64,000 nt of DNA from Negaprion brevirostris (lineage: Eukaryota), in assembly GCA_030324005.1 (NCBI GenBank), contig JARDVH010000121.1, positions 38,021,077 through 38,085,076 of the forward strand. The letters are read 5' to 3'. Both the position numbers and the translations under genes were made by a program. The notes beneath the pieces are model-generated. The model saw nothing but the letters and a program-made list of their open reading frames with translations. It did not search any database and was not told where the DNA came from. Below are positions 1 through 12,600 of the stretch, in pieces (the stretch's first letter is position 1; the number at the start of each line of letters is the position of its first letter).

Positions 1-502
1 GAAAGGGGTGACAACAAAGCACAGGAGAGGAAAGCATGCAAATTTCGACCTGCTGTTGAAAGAGATAGAGTTAGGGTCACAACTCGGTATGAAGGGATGA
101 TAGGCTGGGGACTGGGAAAGTGAAGGGGATGTGGATGTGATGGGAAGAAACAGGATGACAATAGAACTGCTGAACGTGGCGTTGACCTCACTACCCCAAC
201 CGCAAACGTAGCCTGAGGCCATTGGTGGCTCCTTTGCCTGCCACACTACATAATGCATCAATCACTTCCTACCAGAAAGGAATGAAGAAAACAAAAGCTA
301 AAGAAGCAAGAGAGGAAATTGACAGGAGCAAAAGGAATCTGAAGAGAATGAAAAACAAACAGAGGTGGGCAGAAGCAGAATAGAAGAGATAGATTCAGCA
401 ACATGAAGACATTCGAGACAAGTAGTCAATGACCATATTGTCCAACATATCACCAGCAACACAATGAGCTAAGAATTAAAACACATGCTGTCAAGTGATA
501 GG

Positions 503-1657
503 GTGATACGATGACACAGTGGTTAGCACTGTCACCTTCCAGCACCAGGGACCTAGGTTCGGTTCCAGCCTCGGGTGACTGTTTAAGCCTGATTTTACCA
601 TCACGTTGTGACCATTTTTGGGCACGAAAACTTGCTAAAGTCGGGCATGAGGTGGGTAGCGTGATCNNNNNNNNNNACCTCCGCACCAATTCCCCCTTTA
701 CCAAGGCCCACAACTGGCCGCGAACATGGCTGAAATGGGTGCGACGGCCATTTAAATGCATTTGCGTGCATTTAAATTGACATAATGGGCTACACGCCCA
801 ATTTTACCAGCACTTAACCCTTTATAACCACGTTCGTCACTCTGCCTGAGATCGGTGAGGGTGGAAGGGGGATCTGCTACCACTCTGCCTGAGATTAGTG
901 AGGGGCGGTGGGGGATGGGGGGTGGGGGGGCCATGATCGTTCTGGGTGGCGGGGGAATGGGGGGGACAAGGAGGGGTCAGTGATGTTGTGGGGNNNNNNN
1001 NNNNNNNNNNNNNNNNNNNNNNNNNNNNNNNNNNNNNNNNNNNNNNNNNNNNNNNNNNNNNNNNNNNNNNNNNNNNNNNNNNNNNNNNNNNNNCAGTGAT
1101 GTTGTGGGGGTGGGGAAATGTCTGTGGGGCCAGGGGAAGGCATTATCTGGCCCGGGAGGGATATGGTAGGGGAGCAGCATTCTATTGTTTTTTTTCCGCG
1201 CATGTGCAGTTGGAGGCGTTGATCGGAGCTGCAGAGTTTCGGGTGCGTTAAGTCCTGCCCATAGGCTCCTGGAGCACGATTTGCGATTGCTGATAATTTT
1301 TCAAGCAGAGTGTGTACAGGGACGCCTGAGAATGGGTCTAAAAGTTGCATCTGAAACACTCCCAGTTTCAAGTCCACCCAGCACTTAGAATCAAAATGGT
1401 AAAATAGGGTCCTCTGTGTGGAGTTTGCACTTTCTCCCCATGTCTGCAATGGGTTTCCTCCAGGTGCTCCAGTTTCTTCCCACAGTCCAAACACGTGCAG
1501 GCTAGGTGGATTGGCCATGCTAAATTGCCCCTTAATGTCCCAAGATGTGGAGGTTAAGTGATTAGCCATGGTAAATGTAGGATAAGGCACTCTGTCAGAG
1601 AGTTGGTGCAAACTTGATAGACCAATTGACCTCGTTCTGCACTGTAGGTATTCTATA
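503..1657 (+). mobile_element. HE1 (V-SINE) tRNA-derived SINE split by a DNA-transposon insertion (SINE parts ~503-585 and ~1413-1657)
   Basis: CACAGTGGTTAGCACTG...GGGTGACTG then TCTGTGTGGAGTTTGCAC...TGCACTGTAGG.ATTCTAT tail. Confidence 0.85.
586..1412. mobile_element. Non-autonomous DNA transposon (PIF/Harbinger-like MITE)
   Basis: Imperfect TIRs GCCTGATTTTACCAT ... ATGGTAAAATAGGGTCC interrupting an HE1 SINE. Confidence 0.6.
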
Positions 1658-1825
1658 ATTATCATTTTATTGCAAAATCCTTATACTTGTCATACCTTGG
1701 CTGCTGATTGATTTCTAAATCTTGAGAATGGATTGTATATAAACTAATAGCAAAGAATTTAGCAGTGCAAGAAAGGACAAGAAAAATAAATAGCAATACA
1801 AGTACTTATAGGTTATATTATGTGT

Positions 1826-1831
1826 TTTATT
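1826..1831 (-). terminator. Candidate STMN3 distal polyadenylation signal AATAAA (another candidate at 2960-2965)
   Basis: AATAAA on minus strand followed by a U/GU-rich tract (ttgtattgctatttatttttcttgtcc). Confidence 0.35.
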
Positions 1832-3544
1832 TCGTAACCACATGTAGCACACTACAACAATTCTGAACTGACATTAAAATGCATGTTATGGAACCTAAAC
1901 TGGGTGGGCAAGAATCTTCAGGGTGATCATCCTCCTGCGACTTCTAACTGTGAGATGGGAGAGACTTTGTTAATATCTCCCCAAAAAGCCCAAAGAATTC
2001 AAATACAAACACATCAATAAATAGCAAGATCTAATCAAGTGATTAAAAACATGCCACCTTCAAGTACAGTTAGTAGGTGAAAGCATCTAGCACCATTTAC
2101 AATCTTACCCTGACTCTAGTTTCAAGTCCGATAGGCAAATATACAAACTGTCAGAGTTCGAGGTGAAATGGCACATAATCGGATGAGATGATAGCAAAGT
2201 ACAGTGTTACAGATTAAAGGTTATGTACTAGCTTGCCGAACACAATCTTATCAAAGAAAATTGGGTATATACAAAATAATTTTCAAAGTCAGATACTCCA
2301 CATCAAACAAACAATCCGTAACTTATACAGCTTTATATTTGGCAAAACATTTCTACTCAGCACAGCTACAGCAGTAATAAGACAAAAATTCAGCTGGATA
2401 ATTTAGGAATTTCTCACACACACAATTAACCATTTACTTTCTGCAGGGAGACTAATTTCACCAAAATGTTGCTTGCTTACTTACATGGAAGGTTTCCCCC
2501 TCTTTAGTGAGCATAAGATAATAGAAAGAGTTTGCTTAATCCGACAGCTGGACTATACAATGTTACCAATGATGTTCTCTATTTATAGATGGAACTTACT
2601 CCATTTATTAACAAGTTCAACCCACAACATCAACTGCCAAATAGATAGGCCTGTTGAAGGCCCAGATATTTTTATGCTCCCTAAAGATACAAAGGCCGAA
2701 TGGGCAGCAACAGGTCACAATTAACCTGCGATTCTTTCACAGGATAATTCATTGGCATTCACTTAAAATGATGTGTTTGTTAAATGATTGAGTAAACGAT
2801 AACTTTAAAGATATAATCTTTATGAAATAAGAGAACATTTAAATAACAAAAAGCACATTTTAAAATATATTTTCAACATACCTGTTTGAGACGTACGGTT
2901 GAGAAACAGTTAGTCACCCTTACCTACTTGATTTAATGAATTTAACCTGACTCACATAATTTATTGGCATAAATCATTATTTGCTTCAGAGATGTCCAGT
3001 TAGTCTTCAAATGACTGAGAATTCCAACAACAGCAGCATGCTGGGGATAGATTAAAGAATTACCATCCTTTAAGTGTGGGGATTAAGTAAGCAGCTGCAA
3101 TGACTATACTGTAGTATAACCCTTCAAAAGCTGGCAATGCTTACGTATCCATTATAATATCAATAAAAACCCAATGGTTAATTACATATGGGATATAAAA
3201 CATTAATTTGTTGGTAAACCTTTTCTAATTGTAGGTTGAATCTGTTAATCAATATAATGCGTCTATATATACACATGTTTAAATACATTGGCAGATTATG
3301 ATGTCAATAACAATTAATACTCTGAATGTTTTAAATATCATTAGATTATTGATATTTTGCTGATTTTTGCCTGCTTACAACTTTCTGTATTGCACATGAA
3401 ATAAGAACCAATAATCTGAATGCAAAAAAGCATGAACTATTATATAGAAGTACTGAATTCAGAAACAAAATTCGTATCTTGATAGCCAGGATATTATTAT
3501 TAGATTCGTTCCAGGGCGTTCTCCTCAAAGTGATAGAAAGACGT

Positions 3545-3604
3545 TTATCCGGAAAGTTCCTCTCGTAGCACCTTGTTCCTACGGACCTCAGCTGCATGCC
3601 TTTC
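3545..3604 (-). CDS. STMN3: STMN3 exon 5 coding part ([19 protein letters not shown])
   Basis: ttcattttgtgtgatag|GAAAGGCAT...TCCGGA TAA; typical stathmin C-terminus HAAEVRRNK. Confidence 0.95.
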   Translation of the reverse strand, partial: ERHAAEVRRNKVLREELSG

Positions 3605-6600
3605 CTATCACACAAAATGAACAAATTATAGAACACAATATACCTCAGCAACCAGTCTTAAAAATGTAATTCTTTTGTTGTCATCAGTTTCTGTATGATA
3701 TACTCTCTTTCACCTTCTTCCATCAGGAAAATGATACAGAAGTGTGAAAACATGTACCAACAGACTCAAGAAAACCTTCTTCCCTGCTGCCATCAAACTT
3801 TGGAATGATCCTATCGAATACTAAGCCGATATTTCTCTACACCCTAGCTATGACTGTAACACTATATTCTGCCCCCTCTACTTTCCTTCTCCCCTATGTA
3901 CTCCATGAATTGTATGCTTTACCTCTACAGTACTCTAAAGTAAACAATACTTTTCACTGTCTCCCAAAACATCTGACAATAATAAATCAGATCAAATCAA
4001 ATATTAGTTTTAAGCACATGTTCCCAGTTTGAGACAAACATGAAATTAGGATGGAGAGAATCTTTCTTGTTTTTATGCAGCCGATTGATTTTCTAATTTG
4101 TTTGACAATGCAAAGAAGATCTCATTAAAAAATAGTGAGGTAAGCTTCAGTGTTCCCAACCCTCTGAAGTAAAGAATTTAATTTTCATGAAGTGTTCTAT
4201 TCTGCAGGTTTTTAAAATGAGCTTTGTGGATTTCTGGAGGTACATAAGGTTTTCAAATTTTTGTTGATCTTAGCACAAGGGTTTTGTGAATGCTGTGTCT
4301 TATGATTTTCTATATTTATCTATTCATTTGTTTGCAATTTTAAAACATCTGCACGAATAGTTTCGGAAATATAATGCTTGCTTTTGAAATTTGTAATAAG
4401 GATAATCAGAAACATGTCAATATTTGCTGGTAGTCCCCAGGACTGTGTTTATGTACACATAGGAAGTCACCAAAAATGGCTCAATACCTATTTGGAAACC
4501 TCTTTCACAGAAAGCTTTGGAAACTGTTTTCAGTGGCAGGATCAGGCAAATTAAAAAAATGTCATCCTGTGTGGACAGGTTTATTTGAATTGCACACGAA
4601 GTTGGCACTTTCTAATTGGATTGCTATCCACAAAGGTTTAAACAAAATTAGTTATAAAGAATCATTTTATTTTAGTGGACTAGTGATGCAGAAATATATT
4701 TTACGTGTCATTGAACAATATTATGTGAGACAACATTTTTCAGATAAAGTACAAACAAAGCAGTTTGAGAAAAATTAAAGTTTCGATAGTTGCTGAAGTA
4801 CATTTTTCAGTGTAGTACCTTAGCATTCAGAGCCACCACATCTAGCACCTTACTATAGTTCCATTTTTAACGCTAATTATGGGTTCTCCTTGTCTGAACT
4901 TGCATGGCTGATGCACAGTTCCGAATGGTAATAGGTGCTTCAGCACAAACTGCAGCAAGCGGAGGAAATCCCCATAAAAATACATTTACAATGTTGCTAA
5001 ATACAGCATGTAAATAGAAAGTGACAAATTCTTTATTTTTCAATCCATTCACTGAGCTCTCTTGATGATGCAACTCGTTCACTCATACAGTGCAACAGTG
5101 GGTTGTACTGAATGGAATTAAACACAAATATATATATACCTAAAATACCTCAGCATTATGTATTAAATTAATATCTTAAGAATATGGCAAAATATCATTT
5201 AATTTAAATATGGTCTTACAAAACATTTCCTGACTACTGTGCATATCGCGACAGCAGCCCTACAGCAGGTACATAGAGCGACACAGTGACACAGTGATTA
5301 GCACAACTGCCTCACGGCGCCAGGTACTCAATTCCCAGCGGAATTTGTACCTTCTCTCCGTGTCTGCGGGGGTTTCCTCTGGGTGCTCTGGTTTCCAGGG
5401 GGCGGCATGGTAGCACAGTGGTTAGCACTGCTGCTTCACAGCTCCAGGATCCTGAGTTTGATTCCCAGCTTGGGTCACTGTGTGTGGAGTTTGCATATTC
5501 TCCTCGTGTCTGCGTGGGTTTCCTCCGGGTACTCCGGTTTCCTCCCACAGTCCAAAGATGTGTGGGTTAGGTTNNNNNNNNNNNNNNNNNNNNNNNNNNN
5601 NNNNNNNNNNNNNNNNNNNNNNNNNNNNNNNNNNNNNNNNNNNNNNNNNNNNNNNNNNNNNNNNNNNNNNNNNGGATTAGTGGGTATAATATGTAGGGAT
5701 ATGGGAATAGGGCCTGGGTGGGATTGTGTTTGGTGCAGACTCGATGGGCCCAAGGGCCTCTTTCTGCACTGTAGGGTTCTATGATTCTAATCTATGCTAA
5801 ATTTTCCATCAGTGTATTCGAACAGGCAGCAGAGTCTGGCTACTAGGAGATTTTCATAGTAACTTCATGACAGTGGTTAATGTAAGCCTACTTGTGACAA
5901 CAATAAATAAACTATAGTTTTGATAGCCATGAAGATTTCAATTTTAAATACTAGTGATCCAAGTGTAAGTTGGAAGGTGAAGCAGTTCTTCCCCAACTTG
6001 ATGAGTTAGTCAATTGTGAATCTACAAACTTGAGGTTTGAATTTACCAAATAGACACAAGTCCAAGCTAAAATCTGCCTAGCACATCCCACTAGAAACAA
6101 CAGCATTCTAGAAAGTCTTTCCTATTCATACCTATATTTATATTTAGGTATAAATATCTAAAAAAAAGCGATGAGAACCAGAAATTATTTGCTGTTTTAT
6201 TCTGAAGGAATTCAATCAATTAGAGTTAGCTACTTCTAAAGTATTAAGTATTATTTAAAGGAAACAAAATACTTGCCTTCTCACGAAGACGATCCTTGAG
6301 GGCAGCTATATGGGCTTTGCGATTTTCATTACAAATTTCCATCTTCTGATTTAACTTTCTTTCAGTAGTTCTGCTGAAGTCGCAGTTATCCACAATTGCC
6401 CTGTGTAGAACGATACGCCTGTGCTGCTGCTTTTCTGCAAGTTGCTGCAGAAGCTGCATCTCCTGGGACTGCAAATGTACAGAATGAAAAGATTTATGTC
6501 TAGGTGAGTGGGGTTTGAGAAAAATATCAAGTAATTGGGCTCGAATTTGCAGACAGCAGCAAAACAACTTTCCGCTGACCTCAAAGAAAGTTGTTCATAA

Positions 6601-9600
6601 AGATTCAGTGAGTTCTGTGGCACAGATTTCCTGACATCAGTTTATTTCAGGTGTGAAGTCCAGAGGATCTCCAGGCATCAAGCAGGGCTGATGTTATCCA
6701 GCTCGATAGAGTTTGGAAGGATTAAGGGGGATCTCATTGAAACTTACAGAATACTGAAAGGTTCGGATAGAGTGGACATGGGAAAGATGTTTCCATTAAT
6801 AGGAGAGACTAGGGTCCAAGGGCACAGCCTCAAAGTAAAGGAATGACCCTTTAGAACTGAGGTAAGGAGGAATTTCTTCAACCAGAGGATAATGAATCTA
6901 TGAATTTCATTGCCACAGGAAGCTGGAGAGGCCAGGTCATTGAGAGTATTTAAGACAGAGATGGATGTGTTCTTGATTAGTAAAGGGATCAAAGACTATG
7001 GGGAATAGGTGGGACAATGGGGTTGAGAAACTTATCAGCCATGATTGAATGGCAGAGCAGATTTGATGAAATGAATTGTCTAATTCTGCTCTTATATCTT
7101 ATGGTCTAAGTAGGAGTGATGTTATCAGGCGGAGGGTGATGTTATCAGGCAGAGGGTGATGTTATCAGGCGGAGGGTAATGTTATACAGGCAGAGGGTGA
7201 TGTTATACAGGCAGAGGGTGATGTTATACAGGCAGAGGGTGATGTTATACAGGCAGAGGGTGATGTTATCAGGCGGAGGGTGATGTTATCAGGCAGAGGG
7301 TGACGTTATCAGGCAGAGGCTGGCGTTATCAGGCAGAGGGTGACGTTATCAGGCAGAGGGTGACGTTATCAGGCAGAGGGTGACGNNNNNNNNNNNNNNN
7401 NNNNNNNNNNNNNNNNNNNNNNNNNNNNNNNNNNNNNNNNNNNNNNNNNNNNNNNNNNNNNNNNNNNNNNNNNNNNNNNNNNNNNGGGTGACATTATCAG
7501 GCAGAGGGTGATGTTATCAGGCAGAGGGTGATATTGGGGTGGAGGGTGATGTTATCAGGGAGGGTAAGCAGTCAATCACATTGGAGGACTCTCAAAAGGC
7601 ACCTAACCTGGAAGTGAAAAACACTGAATCCCCTCAGTTTTAATTTTAGATTTTTATGACAACAAAATAAATGATTAGGACAATCACATGGGATTAAAGC
7701 TGATGATTAAATATCATAAGCAAACTATAAAATATATATGTAGAATTTATTTTTATAATGGAGATAGTCGACATTCAACAAATATAAAAGTAATCTTTCA
7801 GTGTATCTATTTATCAGTAACTGTGAACTTAAAACACCTTCAAATAACTTATATTATTTTCAACAAAGTGTAACTTTTAAAACGATATTTACAACAAACT
7901 CCAAGATCACTATTTTCCAACTCCCCTGCAGCAGGTTTCTTTACAACAGAGCTGGCAAGTCTGCAGAACCTTCCAATCCCGCGAAAGTCAATGACAGTTT
8001 GCATGGCTCGCCAGTCTCACTGACAAGGAACCCATAGCAGGAGTCAACTTCAGTAAAATCAGAAGATTCCACCAGCAGGAAGGCTGAGAAAATCCTGCAC
8101 TAAGAGTGCTGGAAGTTATCACCAATGATTTCCAATTGATTGCATTCTGGGGAAATCTCAACAGTGCACCTTCTTGCTTAAAATCACCAATGGCAATTTC
8201 TAGATTTCTGCATTTAACAGTGCATGCTAATTGATATGTTAGCTTTTGTTTCAGAGGGATTTGAAAAGAAAAAGAAGTCTTACTGCAATTGTGCAGGACA
8301 CTGGAGCAGCTACAACTGCAGTACTATCTGCAGTTTTGGTCTCCTTACATACTTGCCTGAGAGGGTGTGCAACAAAGATTTACAAAATGGGCTTCTGAAA
8401 TGAAGGGATTGTTCTATAAGGAGAGATTGAGTATATGAGATCAGTATTCCCTGGATTTTAGCAGAAGGAATGATCTAATTGAAACAAGGGTGGGCTTCTC
8501 TGGCCTTCTTGGCAGCGCGAGATGGTATGTTGCTCGCCAGTGGCAGGATCTTCTGGTTCCGCCATTGTCAATTGGATTTCCAACTGATTCTTCTTCATGC
8601 CACCATGAAACCCCTGGTGGTGGTGTGCCATTAGAGGACTGAGAGATCCTACCAATAGGAACGGCCAGAGAATTACAGCCAAAAGGCTTAAGGTGCTGGA
8701 CAGGCTGGATGCTGAGAAAATGTTTCCACTGGTACAGGTGACATGGTTGTCCAACTAGGGCTGTGATAAGAAGTTTCTTCATTCAAGGGATTGTAAATCT
8801 TTGAAATTCTCCACCCCAGAGAGCAGTAGGTGTTTGGTATATTCAAGACAGTGGTTAAAATATGTTAGGGGACTAAGGGAATTAAGAAAAATAGGGATAA
8901 TGCACGATGTTGTTGAGGTAGAAGATCAGCCATGTGGAATGATGGAGAAGGCTCAAAGGAGCAAATGACCACGTACGTTATCTTCTTATGTGCAGACTCC
9001 AGAAGTTTGCTGTCCGTTTCAGTGGTGTAATGATGGCAAACACTGAAAGTTTTGCAGTCATTATTTTCAAAAGGACATTATGTTTAACGGAAACTGTTTT
9101 CATTTGCAGAAGGGTCAATGACCAAGGAACACAGATTTAAGGTAAGTGACAAAAGAACCATGGAGAAGATGAAGAGGATACTTTAAGACTTCAAGTTGTT
9201 ATGATCTGGAATGTGTTGCTTCAAAGGATAGTGGAAGAAGATTCAATTGTAACTTTCAAGAGGGAATTAGGTATAGCCATTGGGGAAGATTTTATGGCTC
9301 ATGGAAATGAAAAGGGGAGCCAGCACAGGCAATTATGGAAGGAATGGCCTTCTTTGTTATCTCATTCTATGATCAGTGACGCAAAGGTAACATTTGCTAC
9401 TCAGCTGTGAATTGGACAAATTGACTTTCAAATCTACTTTCAAATCCACATGCCAGTGGGAAACTGGAGACTTATGAGTAACATTATTTATGGAAAAACT
9501 GAGTAGGGGGAAAATGTTCACTTTGCCATCTGAACATGGAGCTGGTATTGTTGTTTACCTTCCTCCTGTCCTCAGCAGCATCCAGCTGTTGCTGGAGTTC

Positions 9601-12600
9601 CTCCAAAGAGATCTCCTTCTTCTTTGGTGAGATAGGTTGTTCAGGTGACAAATCAGTGGACTGGGGCTTCAGGATCACCTCAAAAGCTTGTCCAGATGCT
9701 CGCTTGTTGATTGGTTTCACTTCCATGTCTAAAGAAAGAAGAGACATTTGGCATAGGATATTTGTACGTGAATTGTAGCAGGGATGAGAGTTAAATGCAA
9801 GTTCCTCTATCGTCTCATATAATCTTGAAATTATCAACAGTACTTATTAAAACATGGCCCAATGTTTCTGAATTAACTTTAAACAACTATTCTTATTCAT
9901 GGAAAATGAATTTGGTGTTTATTCTTGGACTGTGACATTTTTGGCATGTTCTTTTATGTGAATTTCTAAGGAAGAAACACAAGCTGGGAGTGGATGTCAA
10001 CACGCCCTGGAAATCCTGGAGAAATAAGTGTTGATGCAGTTTGTTTGGCATTTTCACAACTCTTCCGTTGAAGTTGCAGCCGATGAGCAGGAGGTGCCCA
10101 AGGGATTGACCCAAGTATGCATGTTGTGGAATAATAAAAATAAAATTATTACTTGACATCATAGTTCCTGGAGACATATAAAGAGTGACCATGCTGCTTT
10201 TCATGCTCTCTCTGAGTCAGATTCAGTGACAAACATAATTATGATCTGGCCCTTCTCTCACTGTAAAAATTCATTCATCGGATATGGGCATCACTGGCTG
10301 GACCAGCATTTATTGCCCATCCCTAATTGCTCTTGACTTGCTTGGCCATTTAAGGGGCAATTGAGAGTCAACCATATTGCTGTGGCCCTGGAGCCAGCCC
10401 AGGTAAGGACGGCAGATTTCCTTCCCTAAAGGGAGCCTTTTCCAACATTCAACAATGGTTTCGTGTTCATCAGTAGGTTCTTAATTCCAGATTTTTTTTT
10501 TATTGAATTCAAATTCCATTACCTGCCACAGTGGGATTCGAACCCAGGACATTGGCTAAGGTTTCTCATTTAGTAGTCTAGCAAAAATATCACCAGGCCA
10601 TCGCCTCCCCAACGTCTGGCTTTGTGAGAGGTGGAAGAAAACAAAATCTTCAGTCGTTTCGTCAGATGGTCATTTAAAAGTGACTAGTCTGAAGCCCAAG
10701 AGCAACATAATAATTTACGTTTCTTCTTTGAGTGGTTGGATTAATCAATTTTTAAATTGTTTTTTCATTGTCTGGTGACATTGTATATTTATTTTGCAGA
10801 AAAATTATTCAATGTGTAGAGGCATTTCACAACAATTAAACCTTCAGCATCCAGGAAAAGAACTTTATAGGTTCAATTTAGCTGTGATTCTTAACTCATT
10901 GGAAATCTTTTTTTATAGAACATGGAACACTACAGCACAAACAGGCCCTTCGGCCCACAAGTTGCGCCAATCACATCTATACCTACCAAGCATAGAACTA
11001 TCTATAACTCCCAACCCCATTAGATCCCATATACTCATCCAGAGGTCTTTTAAAAGACCCCAGCGAGTTCGCCTCTACCACCACCGACGGCAGCCGATTC
11101 CACTCACTCACCACCCTCTGANNNNNNNNNNNNNNNNNNNNNNNNNNNNNNNNNNNNNNNNNNNNNNNNNNNNNNNNNNNNNNNNNNNNNNNNNNNNNNN
11201 NNNNNNNNNNNNNNNNNNNNNNNNNNNNNNNNNNNNNNNNNNNNNNNNNNNNNNNNNNNNNNNNNNNNNNNNNNNNNNNNNNNNNNNNNNNNNNNNNNNN
11301 NNNNNNNNNNNNNNNNNNNNNNNNNNNNNNNNNNNNNNNNNNNNNNNNNNNNNNNNNNNNNNNNNNNNNNNNNNNNNNNNNNNNNNNNNNNNNNNNNNNN
11401 NNNNNNNNNNNNNNNNNNNNNNNNNNNNNNNNNNNNNNNNNNNNNNNNNNNNNNNNNNNNNNNNNNNNNNNNNNNNNNNNNNNNNNNNNAGCAAAGACTG
11501 TCTGTAATGGTCCTAAGCCAGTGAAAGGAGTATAGAAGCCATTAGAGACTAAGGGCATTCCTGATTGTTATCAATAAGCACAAATGCAGTGAGGCCCAAG
11601 CTGAAGTTAAGAAGTTCATAGTCATGAGGCTTTAAAGGAAAGTTAGAAAGTTGTTTAACCAAAGCTAATGGAAGGATCCCCATGAAGCCCCACACTTCAG
11701 AGAATATATGGAACATTGAGAAGTCAAAGTGAGCTAGGGGAAGCTGTGGCATGCTTGGTTTGGTCCTGGAAAAAGTGAATGAACCCTCAAGATCTAACTG
11801 TGCAAGGGATCCCTTTGGTGCAGTTAGTAACTAAAAGGGAACTGGATTTATTATCTACATCTTGACAAATTTGTGTTAAGATAATGATGCTTGCTTTGTA
11901 TATTATGTACAATAAAGCTTGCTTTTGTTTAAAAATGTGAAATCTTATGGCATAGTTCCTTCAGTTAATCACTGGATGTTCAATTTTTTTTAATGTTAAA
12001 ACCTGGTGTTGTGAAGCATCTTGCTCTGTTGTAGAGTGTTGAGTACCATTTGGTAGATCTTAATGAAGTCTTTGTAGTTTTAACTTGGTTAAATGTATGT
12101 ATTTGTTAACTATAAAGATTAAGTACATGTATATAGTAAAGGGTGCAAGCTAAGAGCTGTTTCCATGCTTGCTTGCGCACACAGCTCTGTCCAACACTAG
12201 ACTGACCCCTCAGTGGGAGCCATGTGTTCTCTTTTATCACTGTGTGGGTGATAATGTACTCAGTCCCACATTAAACCTATATTTGCCAATCTCCTATACT
12301 ACACATTCCTCCAAGTCTTTATCCAATGTATTCCAAGCAATTCTATTTATCCCATGAATTGATGTATTGATTAGTATCCTATCTTCCCTCTTCAAGTCTG
12401 ACTTCATAGGTTCAGTAAAAAGTCTGACAACACCAGGTTTAGACCATTTGATGGCCTTATAACCTTTACCACCCTTCCATATCTTGTTGACACTACTGTC
12501 GAAGAAGTGTCAGGCTGTCCTTGCAAGTAAATTTGGTTGATTTGGAGGCTGGTCTGGTGTCTGGGTATATATTTATCTTTTTTTTCCATTCTTCAGTGGA

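Noticed and set aside
5399-5475. tRNA-like A/B boxes at SINE heads as tRNA genes
   Set aside because: They continue into HE1 V-domain and tail; they are SINE heads.
7112-7562. Regular 20-bp repeats as a CRISPR array
   Set aside because: No unique spacers and eukaryotic context; it is a minisatellite.
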